From NCBI GenBank assembly GCA_051362555.1, contig CM120643.1, positions 15,350,644 to 15,414,643 of the forward strand: a DNA stretch of 64,000 nucleotides. The letters are read 5' to 3'. The notes below the pieces were generated by a model. That model was not told the origin of the DNA and made no database searches. It was given only the letters and a program-made list of their open reading frames with translations. The stretch comes from Lingula anatina. Lineage: Eukaryota; Animalia; Brachiopoda. How positions within the stretch are numbered: position 1 is the first letter of the stretch; every line of letters begins with the position of its first letter. The translations under genes and the position numbers were made by a program. This document shows, piece by piece, positions 49,601 through 63,555 of this stretch.

Positions 49601-52600
49601 TTGAAGTAGTGTTCTTTAAGAAAGTCTACTCCTGAAAACTAAATGTCACAAGCAAAATTAGAAATCAGATAAAAACCTGTAATAGTGCTTAAGAAATTGT
49701 ACTACTTACTGTGGGATTTCTGTTGAAAAATTGTAGAATTTGCTGAAGCATATTGAGATTAGGTTGGTAACAATATGCAAGTGAAAAATCAACTATTTTT
49801 TTTAATCTGTAGGTTTGATGATCCTTACTATACAAAAGAACTAGACATCCATCCGTACGAGAACTTTGAAGTACGCTGGAGTCGGGAGCCTTTGCCACCA
49901 CCGCCTCAGGAATATTACCCCAGGGTACGTAATATGAAGCAAGATATCCAAGTCCTAACTTCATCTTTTTTATGTACAGACACAGATGTGTCTGTACAAA
50001 TAGCCATCATCTGCGTCTGTCGTCGCCGTCGCCGTGCACTTTTACCGATAACACGATAAGTGGAAAACCATTTTACCTTTTGACTTGAAACTTGCAGAAC
50101 TGATGAATATTCATAATACGCAGGTCAAGTTCGAAAATCAGCATGATCGGGTCACTTTTAGGGAATTTATGCAGTTTTTTCACTTTTTTCAGCATATATG
50201 CAGCACCGATAACACGATAAATGGAAAACCATTTTACCTTTTGACTTGAAACTTACAGAACTGATGAATATTCATAATACGCAGGTCAAGTTCGAAAATC
50301 AGCATGATTGGGCTATTTTGAGGGAATTTATGCTGTTTTTTCACTATTTTCAATATAAATGCAACACTGATAACACAATATTAGAAAAACGGATTGGCCA
50401 ATTGTAATTATACTCACAGGAGTGGTCAATCTTACTAAAACGCAGGTTGAGTTCGAAAATCAGCATAATCGGGCCATTATTTTAGAAGTTATACTGTTTT
50501 TTTTCACATTTCCTCAGATTCAATTCTTAAGCATGTTAACAGTCTCATAATTTAACTAATAAGATGCCTAAAAGTGTTTGTTTGATATTTCCTGCATTTT
50601 TACAACATTGTTAGTTGATTATGTAAAAAACATGGTAAACTTGTTATCATGTATTGTGTAATAAAGTGTCAAAAATGGAAATAAACTCATATCATTGCAG
50701 TTTGTCAGATTCAATCATCCACTATGTTCAGAATCTCAGAATGGAGGAAATTGGACATTTAACACTGTTCTATTGATACTTTTCCCATCTCATCAATTTT
50801 CTTCATTGGTCATATAAAAATGGCAGTAAACTGTTTATTTTGTTTTATGTTAAAATAGTGTTAAAAATGGAAATAAACCCATTTCAGAACAGTGCTGTCT
50901 TGTTTACATTTTGGCATTTTCAATATGTGACTTTAAAGTTCCATGGGTCTGAAGACTTTTGCTAGTCACATTTTCTGAATAACCATGATACTAATATTTT
51001 ATAATTAAAAATTGATGGTCATTATGCTGCAAAACATTATGTAATGTTGCATCAAAATTTGAAGAAACCCCTATTTTGGGCACTGCTCCCATGATGACCA
51101 TTTAAGGAAAATCATGTCAATTACTGTTCTCAAACTTACAGGAAAGAAACATGGGTCTAAAATACAGCTTCAGCAGACAATGCAGTCTGTTTGGTAAATT
51201 TTTCTGGCAATTAAACAGTTTTTTGTGAAAATTTAATTTTTTACTTATTGGCATTTCCAAGGTGTGACTTAGAACCTCCATGGGCTTGAAGACCCATGCT
51301 AGTCACATTTTCTTTAAATCCATGACAGGTATAATTTATTATGAAAAATGGATGGTCATTATGCTGTAAAACATTATGTAATATTGCATCAAAATTTGAA
51401 GAAACCCCTATTTTGGGCACTGCTCCCATGATGACCATTTAAGGAAAGTCATGTCACTTACTGTTCTCAAACTTACAGGAAAAAAACATGGGACTAAAAT
51501 ACAGCTTCAGTAGGCAATGCAGTCTGTTTGGTAAATTTTTCTGGTAGTTAAGCAGTTTTTTTGTGAAAATTTAATTTTTCACATATTGGCATTTTCAATG
51601 TATGACTTTGAAGTTCCATGATCCTGAAGACCTTTGCTTGTCACATTTTCTGAATATGCGTTATACTAATATTTTATAATTAAAAATTGATGGTCATTAT
51701 GCTGTTAAACATTATGTAATGTTGCATCAAAATTTGAAGAAACCCCTGTTTTGGGCACTGCTCCCATGATGACCATTTAAGGAAAATCGTGTCAATTACT
51801 GTTCTCAAACTTACAGGAAAGAAACATGGGTCTAAAATACAGCTTCAGTAGGCAATGCAGTCTGTTTGGTAAATTTTTCTGGCAATTAAACAGTTTTTTG
51901 TGAAAATGTAATTTTTCACATATTGGCATTTCCAAGGTGTGACTTAGAACCTCCACGGGCTTGAAGACCCATGCTAGTCACATTTTCTGAAAATTCATGA
52001 CACTTATATTTTATTATTAAAAATCGATGGTCATTATGCCGTTAAGCATTATGTAATGTTGCATCAAAATAGGTGAAAACACAATTTTGGGTGCTGCTGC
52101 CTTGATGACCATTATGGGAAAACTGTGTTACTTATGACTGTCAAACTTTCAAAAAAGAAACACAGGACTAAATGCAGCTTGAGTTGGAAAAGCAGTCTAA
52201 TTGGCTTCTTTTTCTGGAAGCTATACATTTTAGTGTAATATTCATTATCTTTTTGGCATATTCATTGTGGGACTCAGAGCTCCCATGGACATGAAGCCGA
52301 ATGGTAATCATATTTTCTACATGTCCATCCTATTTATAGTCAGTAAACAAAAATTGGTGATAATTATTCTTTAATTTATTATGTAATGTTACATCAAAAT
52401 TGACAACAATCTTTTTGCACTGCTACTGCAAACATTATGAAAAGAAAACTGTGCTACTTATTATAATTTTAAACTTACAAGTACGATTTTTAGGATTGGC
52501 CTTCAGCTCATATGAGAAAACCAGCTCTATTGGATTATCATTTTTATTGAATTTATGCATTTTTTGAGAAATTTTCATTTTTCTCATTCTGGCACTTTCT

Positions 52601-55600
52601 AAGTATAAACTTGAACTCCGATGGGCCTGAAGCCTTATGCTTTTAATTTCGTCTGTGTTACCTGTTGTGCATAAGTTGATGTTGACTGTGCAGTTAAACA
52701 TAATGTATTATTGCATCAGGATTGGTAGTCTCCTATTTTGGGCATTATGGTTTTGTGCTTTTCTTAAAGTGTGACTTATGGGCCTAAAGACCTTTGAGTG
52801 GGTCAGTCTGTAAATTACCCTTGGGTATCACTAGATTAATTTCAGAGTTATAAAGTCATTTGCCTTAATAGGCCATTAAATGAGATTACATAAAGCACAC
52901 TTGTTGATATTTCCCTGTAAACTCCCAAAGGTAAAGCTCTCTGCTAGATTAATAATAAGGAAGCAGTGATAATTATGCAGGTAAATTTTGTTTAATATTG
53001 CAAATAAGTTTTAAATATATATATATATCAAACTGGAAGATTAAAAGTTTGAATAGCATCTTCATTGGAATTATATTTACCTCAAGCTCTGCCAAGGAGG
53101 TCATATTTTCACCCCCGTTTGTCTGTCATCCACATAACACAAAAAGTTATGGACTGATTTTGCAGAAATTTTCAGGAACTGTCGGAAGTGGGCCAAAGAG
53201 GACAATGATTAATTTTTGGTGGTGGTCTGGAACAATAATCAATCAATTATCAATAATAATCAACAATTGCTGCCTTGGCAGAGGTCTGCACTCTCAAAGT
53301 GCTTTTCTAGCTTTGTTATGTTTTCCTTTATAATTTTTTCTCAAACACTTGCATTTGTGACTTTTAACTCTCATCTGCCTGGGGCTCTGCACATTTTCTG
53401 TATTTCCACATAAGCAGTTGTATTGTTTTTTTATGTCTTTAAACATTATGTAATATTATTTTATGCACTGTCATCATTTTTCAAATATTGAGAGTTTCAT
53501 AATGTGAATTTGAACTCTCATGGTCCTGAAACTGTAATTTTATTGAAGGGGTGGACCATCTTCTGGGTCTTCCTGAAGACAGTCAGGTTATTAAGTTTAT
53601 ATTGACTGGTATCTATTTTTTTCTGTTGGAAGACCATCAAAATGGAGGATGGATCAACATAGATACTTTGTAATACTGTCAGAAAATATCTCTGGGTCCG
53701 CTCCTGTTATTGACCATGTTACCTGTTGTGCAAGATTAAAATTCAGTGTTGACTGACATAAGCATTATTTATTATTGCATCAAAATTGACAAAATGACCT
53801 ATTTTGCATCTTTATTTGTTGTTTTTTGTCTGTACATTTGACAGCTTTGCTGCCTTGTTTAGTCACTTTGGCTCGTGATAGAGATGGAGACTCATGCTGT
53901 CAAAGTAGAAACTAACAACCCCTTTAAAAAGTTTCATAGATTGTAATTTTTCTCAACAGGTTGAATGCAGTATAAATTAGTGATTTAGTATTTTGTAGAA
54001 GTTTCCAGAAAAATGAAAGATATATAAATTTAGTTGAGTATTGTATACTTTTCAGCAACAAAAAAAGTGCATGATATTTAAATGTTTTCTTTAATGCAAG
54101 TGGAAATATGTAGCAATGAATTTAAGCAAACTTAACCAAATAACATTCATTAAAATATACTTGCACTCTGTTATTGATGTGGCTAGTGAAAGTAGGTTAG
54201 AGACAGGGAATTGTTTTAAATGTGACAAAAATTATGCTTGGAACAGTATATTCATTTTTGTTTTTAAAAAAAGTTTTTAAAAAAGTGAATTGTTTTAAAG
54301 CAGTTTGTTTTTCCTATGAGGCACACCATTTCAGCCCTTCACCACTTAACTCACGTCAACAAGTCAGCCATGTAATCAAGATCATTTTCTCATCTCTCAT
54401 GTGTAGAAACAAGTTCAATCTCTTTAGAAATGAATAACTGGTTGAACACGTTTAATATATTTGTTTCTTTTTTTTTTTCACCCATGACCTTATGCTGTGA
54501 GAAAAACACTCATTTTTAACAAAATGTTATTTTTTTTCTAAATAGGGGCATGACTACCCACCTATGAATCGTGACAGGAGAAGGGAGAGAAGGAGAAGTC
54601 CATCTCCTCACAGGTACCAATTTATTTCCTAAGATTTTCTTTCTTATTTCCTTCTGTTTTTTTCTGATTACAAGCAGAATTTACTTCTGTTTGCTTAATC
54701 TGATTATCTTCATATCATTTCATATACTGAATGAGATAAGTTAAACCTTGGTCACTGTTCACAAATTAACAATTTTTTTTTAATGGGCATTCCTGTTGTT
54801 GAGGTGAAAATTGCTGATATTTTAAAGAATTTTCATGCCGTTTTTCTTTTCCAGATGCCTTTGAATCTGTATTTTGACATTTATGTCTGTATATTTGCCA
54901 GCCTTGTCTGGTTTTACTTCTTCTTCACTGATATCTCAAAAAAATTATTCTCTTTGAATTCAGGCCAAGGGAGCACCGCAGACACAGAGAGCGTGTCCGT
55001 GAGCGCATAGAACGGGAGCCAAATCCACCACCTCAGAGAGTTTTGCCCGACAGTAAACCACCTCCAGAGACAATGGGGAACAAAAATAATAAGCCAGATG
55101 AATGGAGAGATCCTTGGATGAGGTTTGTGAATAAATGATTTACCTCAGAAAAAGAAAAAAAATGTTTTGTCAGATGATGTTTGAAAACCTATTTAAAGGA
55201 AAGATTATTTTTCATATATTTATGGTCTTTGGCCCTTGTAAAAAGACTTTTTGGTGAAAAAAGAATCTCAGTATGGACTAGATGTGGTTTTACCAGCAAG
55301 GCATGGCTGAAAACCTCTGCTGACCTAGCTCTACAAGTTTATGGCCCTGATGAATGAAACAGTCTTCCAATGCACTTGAAAATCATAGAGACTCAAGACA
55401 TTAAGATTTTAAAAAAGAACTTAAGGCTTCGTTCACATGGAATGTCTGTTTTCTAAAAATCTATTTTCTATTCGCGCTATCTTATGATCACGGTCTGTGC
55501 CCTGAATATCCTGCCGCGTAATTACTGGCAGCGCGAGCCAGTTACTTATAGTAACTTATAGTAACTGGCTCGCGCTGCCAGTAATTACGCCGCGGGATAT

Positions 55601-58600
55601 TCAGGGCACAGACGGTGATCATAAGACATACCGCAAATAGAAAATAGAATTTAGAAAATAGACATTGCATGTGAATGAAGCCTAAAACTTTGAATTTCTG
55701 AAAGTTATATTGCTGAATTGACTGGATTTTAATCTGAACTTGCACTGTATATTTTTATTAGCTTTATAATTGAGCTGTTTTAATTAATAATTTATTTTGC
55801 CCTCATAAACTCTACTCAACATTTGAACTGGACTTTAAATTAGTAAAATTTTGACCCTTCATAAAAGTACCTTGACTGATGTGATTTTTGACTTGCTGAT
55901 TTTGAAGATAGATGGAGCTCACATCAACAAATCAGATATGTGGTCAGTGCAAATAGCATGCCTCATAGGAAAAACATGACAAGTTTCTTTGGAAGTAATT
56001 TATTTATTTGTTTGAACCATCTTTAGACTATTTTCCCAACCCTATTTCACTGAACTTTTTCTCTGTTTTACCAGGTCAAAATCTCCAAAGAGAAAACCTG
56101 GGTCTCCGGAGCCTCAGTCGCGGGGAAGGAGGAGGAACAGGTCTGGGAGCTACTCATCGTATTCATCATCAAGGTTGGTGTTAGACTACATTCATGGTTT
56201 GTTTTCACTCAACTTGGGTCAGCCATCTTTTTGACTGATATCAGTGGGTTGCAGTAAATATTATGCCTTTTTTTTTAATCATGTTTCCTTGGGTTGACCT
56301 CCAGTGGTAAGCTGTTAGTTAACAGTTACCCTGCTGAGACTGGTAGTACAAAGTTAGACCACCACATCTAACATTTTTGCGCAAGAGACAATGCAAAACC
56401 CATTTTACTGTATTAGATGATGTGTTTTGGCAAGAAATACACTGGTAAGCAACCAAATGGAAGTATCTGTGGTTTAATTGTGCAGTGGGATCTCTCTGTA
56501 GACAGTATATGGCACAAAGACATTTAAATATTTGTATATTCCTCTACATAACCACAACAGTGAATGAACAACATAAAAACTCTCTGTTAGTTGAGGAAAT
56601 GGATCATATTAAAAATTAACAAAATATTTGTTCATTTGAAGTCATGTGTTTAAATTTGCAGTATTTTGCCCCACAATTTTCTGCTTTCTGTGGTGGTGGT
56701 ATAGTTTCTTTCATATCATTAAGCAAAACAATAAGGTTATTTCTTTTTGAACAGTCATTTCCAGAGGTATAGGTGTTAAATTTCATTCACTGGAATTTAA
56801 TCCTCTTCTGTTTATTTATTCATTTGTCCCAATGCAATGAAACACTGTATGAAAAAGAAACAGTTAAGCCCCCTTTTACATCCTTTTTGCCTCATGTAGT
56901 ACGGCCCTGTTTGAGAGTAAAAAAATATTCTTTACATGCCAACAACTGGCCAATCAATGACCATTCATTCTGTTACCAAGGCAATGCTTGTGCCTTTTTT
57001 CTACAACCTCAACTATGCCAGTTTCATGGTCACACAAAGGATGCAGATAGGATGTTGTCCAGTGTAAAGGGGTTTTACTGATAACCCTATTGTTGTATCA
57101 CCAACCTAGAGCTGGACATACCAAGGATCCACAATGCACTCTGGGGGGTTTATATTCCACACAAATTAAATTTTCACTGAAATTTCAACACTTTCTTCAA
57201 TCGCCAAGAGCACCATGTTCCAACCTGCTGAGCGACATAATTACAATCTATAAATTTGATTTTGATGTACTTTGATAAGAGAGAAAGAAACTGGTGAATT
57301 TTACTCTTAACAGTAAAAATTTCGAATTTGCCCACTTAAAGTTCAATTTTAAACAACTTACCATTTTGCTATTGCTCTAAAAAAAATCTGATCCATTTTC
57401 CTAAAGATGTACAAAGTGCAGCTGGTGGTTCATACCCAGGAGATAGCTCTGACCCTCTTGATTTTGTCTGATTTTTGTTCTTTTTCTGATTTTGCATGAG
57501 TGATGGGATGACCTGTGGTGCACTATTTTCTTTCAGATCTAGGTCAAGGTCATCTTCATATTCTGTCTCAAGTCGTTCATCATATAGCCGGTCATCTTCA
57601 TTTAGTTCAAGGTGGGTGACAAGGGCAAAGAACCTTTTTGCTTGGCAATTTTTAAGGCTATGGCTTTCATGGATATTCTTCACATAATCCATAAGATATT
57701 TTACCTGGGCATGAAAGATCGTATTATTTTCCTTTTATGTAGCTGGAATATCAGTTTGTTTTTCTGTTTACACAACTTTTTCCTAAGAATTGGTTGAAAA
57801 GTCTAAAGTATGTGGTAATGATTGAATGATTGAAAATATGTGGTAATGATTGAATGCTGCCATGAAATGAAATGAAGTATCCCTTTTGAATATTGCAGAA
57901 GTTCATCATATTCACGCTCTCCAACACCAAAAGGTAAAAAAGCAGCAGTGCCTGGACCCCCAACAGAGAAAAAGCCCCTGCCTGCTCCAAAACCTGGGTA
58001 ATGTTGTATAAGTTTATATATGAAATGATATATATTAACAGTAAGTTAATATAGTTTGGTGTTACTATGGATATGTGAAAAGTTGGCGTCTAATATTTCT
58101 ATGTTTGGAGATTCACCTTATATTCTTTTTATATGTGAAAATTGATAGCAACTCCAATTACCTTTAGTATTTTCTGATTAACTGTATTAACCATGTTGGT
58201 TATTGGTTTCTTGTATTTGGATGTTTTTGATCTGTGCTGTTCTCATAACTGTTCTATGTCATAATGATTTATACCCTGTCTGCAAAAGTTTGTTTCCAAG
58301 CTGACTATAATTTTCTACATTCTACCAAATAGTTTAATGGATTGTAACTGATGATTTTCAATTAGTGAGGCTCCAAAGAGTTCTGTGCAGAAGACGACAA
58401 CAAAATCTCCAGACAAGAAAGCAAAACCTCTGGTGGGCCCCACATGGGCACCCCCAGTGACACCTAGTGGTGGAACAACAACTTCTGGTTCGGCGCCATC
58501 TCAGCCACAGAAATTATTGGGACCACCACCAGGGGCCAAGACAGGACCAACAGAAAGAGGAAGGAAAAAGGAGAAAGGACCCCCGAGGTGAGTACTTGCA

Positions 58601-61172
58601 TTGCACACTGCACATCGCAGAGACTTTTCTTATAATGCTGGTATCCAACTATTATACCATTGATGGAACAATAGGATAATTGGACTTGTATTTCCCATGC
58701 AGGCTTACCTGTTTTTTCATTCACTTGGGTGCGTTCATCCTATTGTTTGAAGCGCCATCAGTGGTATAAGTCAGTTACAACTACTCATCATCAACTGTAT
58801 GAGACGTACAAGAGCAAATTATATCTTGGATTTGCCTCGATATAATTATGCTCCTGTATGTTGCATACAGTGAACGGCTCATATTGAAACTAGTACTTAA
58901 CTCTGAGTGTTCTCAAAAACTTTTAAAAAGGCACAAAAACATTCCTAAAACCTGACCTGTCAGCACTCCAGTAGATGTCAGAATCTAGAGTGCAGACCAT
59001 CACTAGGGCAAAATGTAATTGAGAAAAATACATAGACACTTGGATCCAGTTGAAATTGTAATTGCTTTTTTTCCATCCTGAATAAATGTCTAACATTAAA
59101 ATTTCTTCAAAATTTATGAAGAACTTTTTTGAATTTTTTTGTCCATAGAAAAAACAAATTAAGCAACCACTAATAACCATTAAGATAACCTCCCTCGTTT
59201 GCAGAAGCAATAACTGGTTTTACACTGGGTGGCGAATAGCTTTAAAATTAGAATTATGAAAAATTTCTTTTGTCTCAGGACTAAGAAGAAAACTCACAGT
59301 CCAAGTGGCAGTTCCTCTTATAGCAGCTCCAGCTCTTCTTCATCACGATCACGCAGTCGTAGCAGCAGTGCATCATCTGTCAGTAGTACATTTTCTAGTA
59401 GCTCAGGTGGAAGTGCCGACTCCGATAACATATACAAAGACATGGGAAAGGGGCCTAAGAAAGGTGGGGATTATTGATGAACAGTTTAGTGCTGTTCATA
59501 TAAATGCATAAAAATTGATACAGAAAGGACAGAATTATTGGAGTTGAAAACATGTCATAAGTGTTAGTTTAGATTTTGATTTAGTCTCTTGTATGATTTA
59601 TGTCAGTCATTGATCTATTTTATTTTGTTTGTAATCACTGAAATTGCCTGCATTCCTTGCCTGCTGAAAAATATTATGACCTCCAATGATTCTCACACTA
59701 GGAAAAAATAAAGATGTCACAAAGAGGCCACCACCTGGAGGGGTACCTCCAGCGCCATCTACTGGCGGTCCAGCCGGAGGACCTCCAGTGCCACCTCGGA
59801 GAGAAAAAGAGAAGAAAGACAAGTCAAAACAAATGGCCAAACCCACAACATTATCAAAAACTGGACCACCACCAGCACAGATGTCCAGTGGGGCTCAGCC
59901 TCCACCACTCCAGCCAGTTTCAGGAAGAGGTGACCGAGTGGACAGTTCAAAGACAAAGTCCAGTGTGACGTCATCAACATCTGTGGTCAAAACAGCCAAA
60001 GATCCAATGAAGATGATAGGGCAAAAGCAACAGATTAAGTTAACCCTTGTGAACAAGGTAACTTTGTAGATTGATAAAAAAGCTTATGTTAACTTATTCT
60101 TGCATTGATAAAAAAGTGAAGAAGTTGATCTTGCACATTTATGAAAGGCAAATTTATCATTGTATCTCTGTGCAAATGAAGGTAAAAGCTTTACTACTTT
60201 CCGTCATTTGGTTTGATGTCCCGCTTTCCCCTCATAAAATAGATAAATGATAAAAATAAATAATGGAATTTGATACAAATTTTGAAAATACTGATCTTTT
60301 CCATCACACATCATGTATACTGTCCTTTAGTCTTGAACATTAGAAATAATCTTTTTTTTTTCCTTTTTCAGCCAAAGGACAAGGGAGGTCTGAAACGACC
60401 AGCAGAGGGCAGTAGTGCTCCTCCTGCCAAGAAGCCCACGCCTGCCAAACCTCCTGTAAAAGCTGCCCCAATACCAAAAGGTGATATCTGTGGTCATTTA
60501 CTCTCTAGTCTCTAGATTTCATGTGGTCACTTACTTTCTAGATTTTATGTGTGGCTAAAGAAAATTAAGATAAATTTTTGTCTTTTTTCAAGATTGTCGA
60601 AACTTAATTTTCGTTCACATTATTTTTACTTTGGTGAAGTTATAGGGTGAAGTTATATAATTAATGAAACATTCTAAATGATGATTCTAATGATCTCAAG
60701 TTAAAAGGTGCAAATGATGGAAAACCTAGATCCTGATTTTCACTGAAGAGATTCATCTAAGGAACCTCTGATGCACTTGTCATGTAAATCTTCAGTAAAA
60801 ATATAATTTGTCAAGGATCTTTTAAAAATTCACAATTTTCCAAGTACCCTATTTTGAGCAGGTGAGATATTTGTGATTTCAGATTCAAAGGCATCTGTGA
60901 AAGTTCCTCCGAAAGCCCCAGAGAAACCAGCTGAGGCAAAACCCTCTATACCCAAGGTTAGCATGAAAATTGAGAGCAAGAAACCACTTCTACAGCCTCC
61001 AAAGCCTGTTAAGACGGCGTCTAGCAACAATGTGCCACAAGGAGGCTCCACTGCAGCTCCAGTGGTAGCCAAAGCATCAAAGAAGAGCACGTCTTCGAGG
61101 AGAGAAGAACTTTTGAAACAGCTAAAAGCTGTGGAAGACGCCATTGCTCGAAAACGCTCAAAGATGAATTGA
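36674..61172 (+). CDS. ZC3H18: Zinc finger CCCH domain-containing protein 18 (CBC-NEXT/exosome adaptor), ~1277 aa, 18 coding exons
   Basis: Exons 36674-36838, 37645-39030, 39513-39554, 40092-40233, 47995-48080, 48377-48469, 49111-49256, 49813-49924, 54546-54613, 54964-55122, 56075-56173, 57537-57611, 57899-57997, 58366-58587, 59279-59463, 59702-60057, 60372-60480, 60883-61172 total 3834 nt in frame. Diagnostic peptides: CRFFNRGHCTWGPSCRFLHPGVNDKGNYSLI, ESAWERGLRQAKE, DEWRDPWMRSKSP, RS-rich tracts and the C-terminal SRREELLKQLKAVEDAIARKR. Confidence 0.94.
37870..38100 (+). repeat. Coding 33-bp (11-aa) degenerate repeat, 7 copies, in the ZC3H18 N-terminal region
   Basis: ETEVDQSHLLL QSEADQAQLTS QTEADQSQAML QVEPDQSQVNL HTEADQSPIAS EIEADQSRSAL QVEADQNEGAA. 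Confidence 0.8.
42368..44821. mobile_element. Kolobok-like DNA transposon remnant nested in HINE copy 1
   Basis: TTAA on both sides (42364-42367, 44822-44825) with termini AGG...CCT. The empty site is visible in copy 2 near 50932. Subterminal inverted repeats GGTCACGTGG..TGACGACAATC / GATTGTCGTCA..CCACGTGACC are present. A decayed THAP-like start MPRCVAVG sits at 42677. Confidence 0.75.
46627..46990 (-). repeat. 364-bp inverted copy of ZC3H18 intronic sequence 49295-49658, inserted in a (TA)n tract
   Basis: Reverse-complement match by eye with one mismatch noticed. It is absent at the equivalent TA tract of HINE copy 2 (~53015-53028). Confidence 0.9.
47060..47294 (+). mobile_element. Small second-family HINE-like element nested in the large element (copy 1)
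   Basis: Subterminal inverted repeat CTCTGCCAAGG (47071) / CCTTGGCAGAG (47257), then a 3' hairpin GCACT-CTCAA-AGTGC and CTAG. Confidence 0.65.
49295..49658 (+). repeat. Partner arm of the 364-bp inverted duplication
   Basis: Reverse complement of 46627-46990. It begins 39 nt after the donor of exon 49111-49256. Confidence 0.9.
49966..53860 (+). mobile_element. Helentron/HINE non-autonomous element, copy 2
   Basis: Same termini and interior as 40376-47853. It has fewer 160-bp units, one more 337-bp unit, and lacks the Kolobok-like and 364-bp inserts. Confidence 0.8.
53076..53310 (+). mobile_element. Small nested HINE-like element (copy 2)
   Basis: Near-identical to 47060-47294. Confidence 0.65.
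55425..55682. mobile_element. Fully palindromic Tourist/PIF-Harbinger-like MITE
   Basis: TAA-GGCTTCGTTCACATG ... CATGTGAATGAAGCC-TAA. The inverted arms extend ~125 bp to the centre. Confidence 0.88.
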
Positions 61173-63555
61173 TGATGTAAATCATGGCACCAGGGGATGG
61201 TGTGATTGTTATCTTGTTTTAAAAGTTCTCTTGAGATCATGACATCGGCAAGAAGTGTGACTTGGTAATTTTATCCAAGTTTACCTTGAATGGCAATATT
61301 GGTATGAATGGTCATTCGACATAGTAGTTGATGTTACAGAGGATGCAGCCGACTTGGAGTGCACCTATATTGAATGCTTTATTGCCCATAGTCTCAAGAT
61401 TAGAAAGTGCTTTGCTCTAGAATTCCAGCTCAGTGCTGTGAGAAGATTGCTCTCATGATATCAAGCACAAAAGATGGTGGTAGAATGCCTTCAGAAACAT
61501 ACTGAAGAAATAATCCCAGATCGACTGAGCTTTGCTACAAAATCTGAGTTTTAGGAGTTAATCTACAATTTTGCAAAGAAAAGAGTGGAGTTTATTTAAA
61601 ACCATGGAGAGAACGTGGACATGTTAACAGAATGATGTTTAGATCTAGATAGGCATAGAAAACCCCAAATGAATGCCTATTTGCCATAAAAGAAGCATTT
61701 AGAGATGATACGTATCAGCTCATAATAGTTAACGGATTCAATATATACGAGTATGATATCTTTTTCTAAAAATGAAGGGGGTTTCTCTCTCTGACAGTAC
61801 AGGTTGAGTGCAGAGTAAGTTCTTCAAACAGATCTCACTGCTGCATTGGGTCATTAATTAATTTTTTCAATTGGTGGCTTGTTTTAGTATCAGAAAGGCT
61901 TGATAAATCTGCAGTGTAATAAGGTTTACGTGAGATATGTAAAGAATTGCACACCACACTGGAATATAGGAATTGAAGAACTAATAAATAAAGGCACTAG
62001 AATTATTCATTATGCTATGCAAACCGAATCTAATTGAAAGTAATTATGAGAATTTGTCTTTGCTCATTTTTTCACTCTGCATTTTGCTAGCAATTATTTG
62101 TCTTCATTATTGGACATTCAGGCAATTACAGAAATTATACCTGCAGTTTTTAAACAGTATTGAAGTCTGTAGTGTGCTGGGGTTTGCCTTACTTGAAATA
62201 AAAACTAGCGTCAGTCTTTTTATTGAAGCCCATTAGTATTGAGGAAAGTAGACCACATCTGAAGCCAGAGATGAAAATGGATAAATTTTGGGAAATTACA
62301 GCTTATTTGATTGTTTGTATTTTTTTTAATTTATCATATTACAGACAGTTACATGTTCTTTGTCTTGCCAAATTTTTGTCAGTCTTCATCATAAAACCTG
62401 ATCTAATTAGTGCAGGTATTACTGTGCACAGGTGTCATATTAGTATGCTGTTCTTGGCTAATCAGTTTAATGCAGGTGTCTTATTAGTATGTTAACTGAT
62501 CAGCTGTGACATCTAGTGATCAGTACTAATACAAAGAAAGTGTAACTTTTTGTGATATCATGATAGAAAAACAATTTGGATTTATTTAGGGACTAATGAG
62601 TCCAGACATTCTTCAAAAACTTGTTTGATAATAACCATAATGGAACTTGTAAAATAAATCTTTTTTAGTAAATGACTTTTCTTATGTTAATCTTTATGCC
62701 AGTGGTTATTTTTTAAAGTTTATCATTACTTATATTAAATAGGGGGTTAAATGTCTAACATCATTGCAAATTTTGGCCCCTAAAAATTTAATTTAATTCC
62801 CTTTAACTAAAAAGGCTGTTCAAACATATAATGACTTGTAATTGGACCCCCCCCATCTCAAACAATGCCAGGTCTCAATTTTTAAACTTTCTAACTGATC
62901 TCTACTGTGGGATTGCTGCATTTGGTTTGTGTTTATCATTTTTGAAAAGTTATAGTAAATAAAGAGGGAACCTCACCCTTATTAGTTTAGGACCTCACTC
63001 AGCTAACAGATGAATGCTCAAAGAACACTTAGGGAACGTACGTCAGGTTTATGTCACCATGTACAGTATTGTTGCTATTTAATTCCTTCCCCAAAGTAAT
63101 GAACACTAGAATGTGGTGGTGTATTCAGTTTATTAGTTTAAGCTTTTCATCACATGTCGGTTTTTTTTTTTTTTTGGGGGGTACGTACCGACACTGCGAC
63201 AGACCAAAAATTCTAAAATCCGCACCGTGCCAACCGCTGTCGACCGCTGCTTGCTATCTGGGCAAATAAAACCGACACATCATAACATTGTGGGAACGTA
63301 GATGTGTTCATTAAAGTTGTGCAAATTAAAGTGATGCAAAATTTGAGAACCTTGTTTCATGTTTCCCCCTCTAAAACTAGCAAAAGACGTATAATTTAAT
63401 TTCATTTAAAGGATCTTGCTGGCAACCATTCTCGGGTCAAATGATAACAGTTGCAGTGTAGAACGTTAGAATAACGTTTTCTGAACGTTTGTTGATGTTC
63501 TAACTACTTTTACTTTTATGTCACACCTAGCAGAAAGAGGAGAGTATGAGTATCC

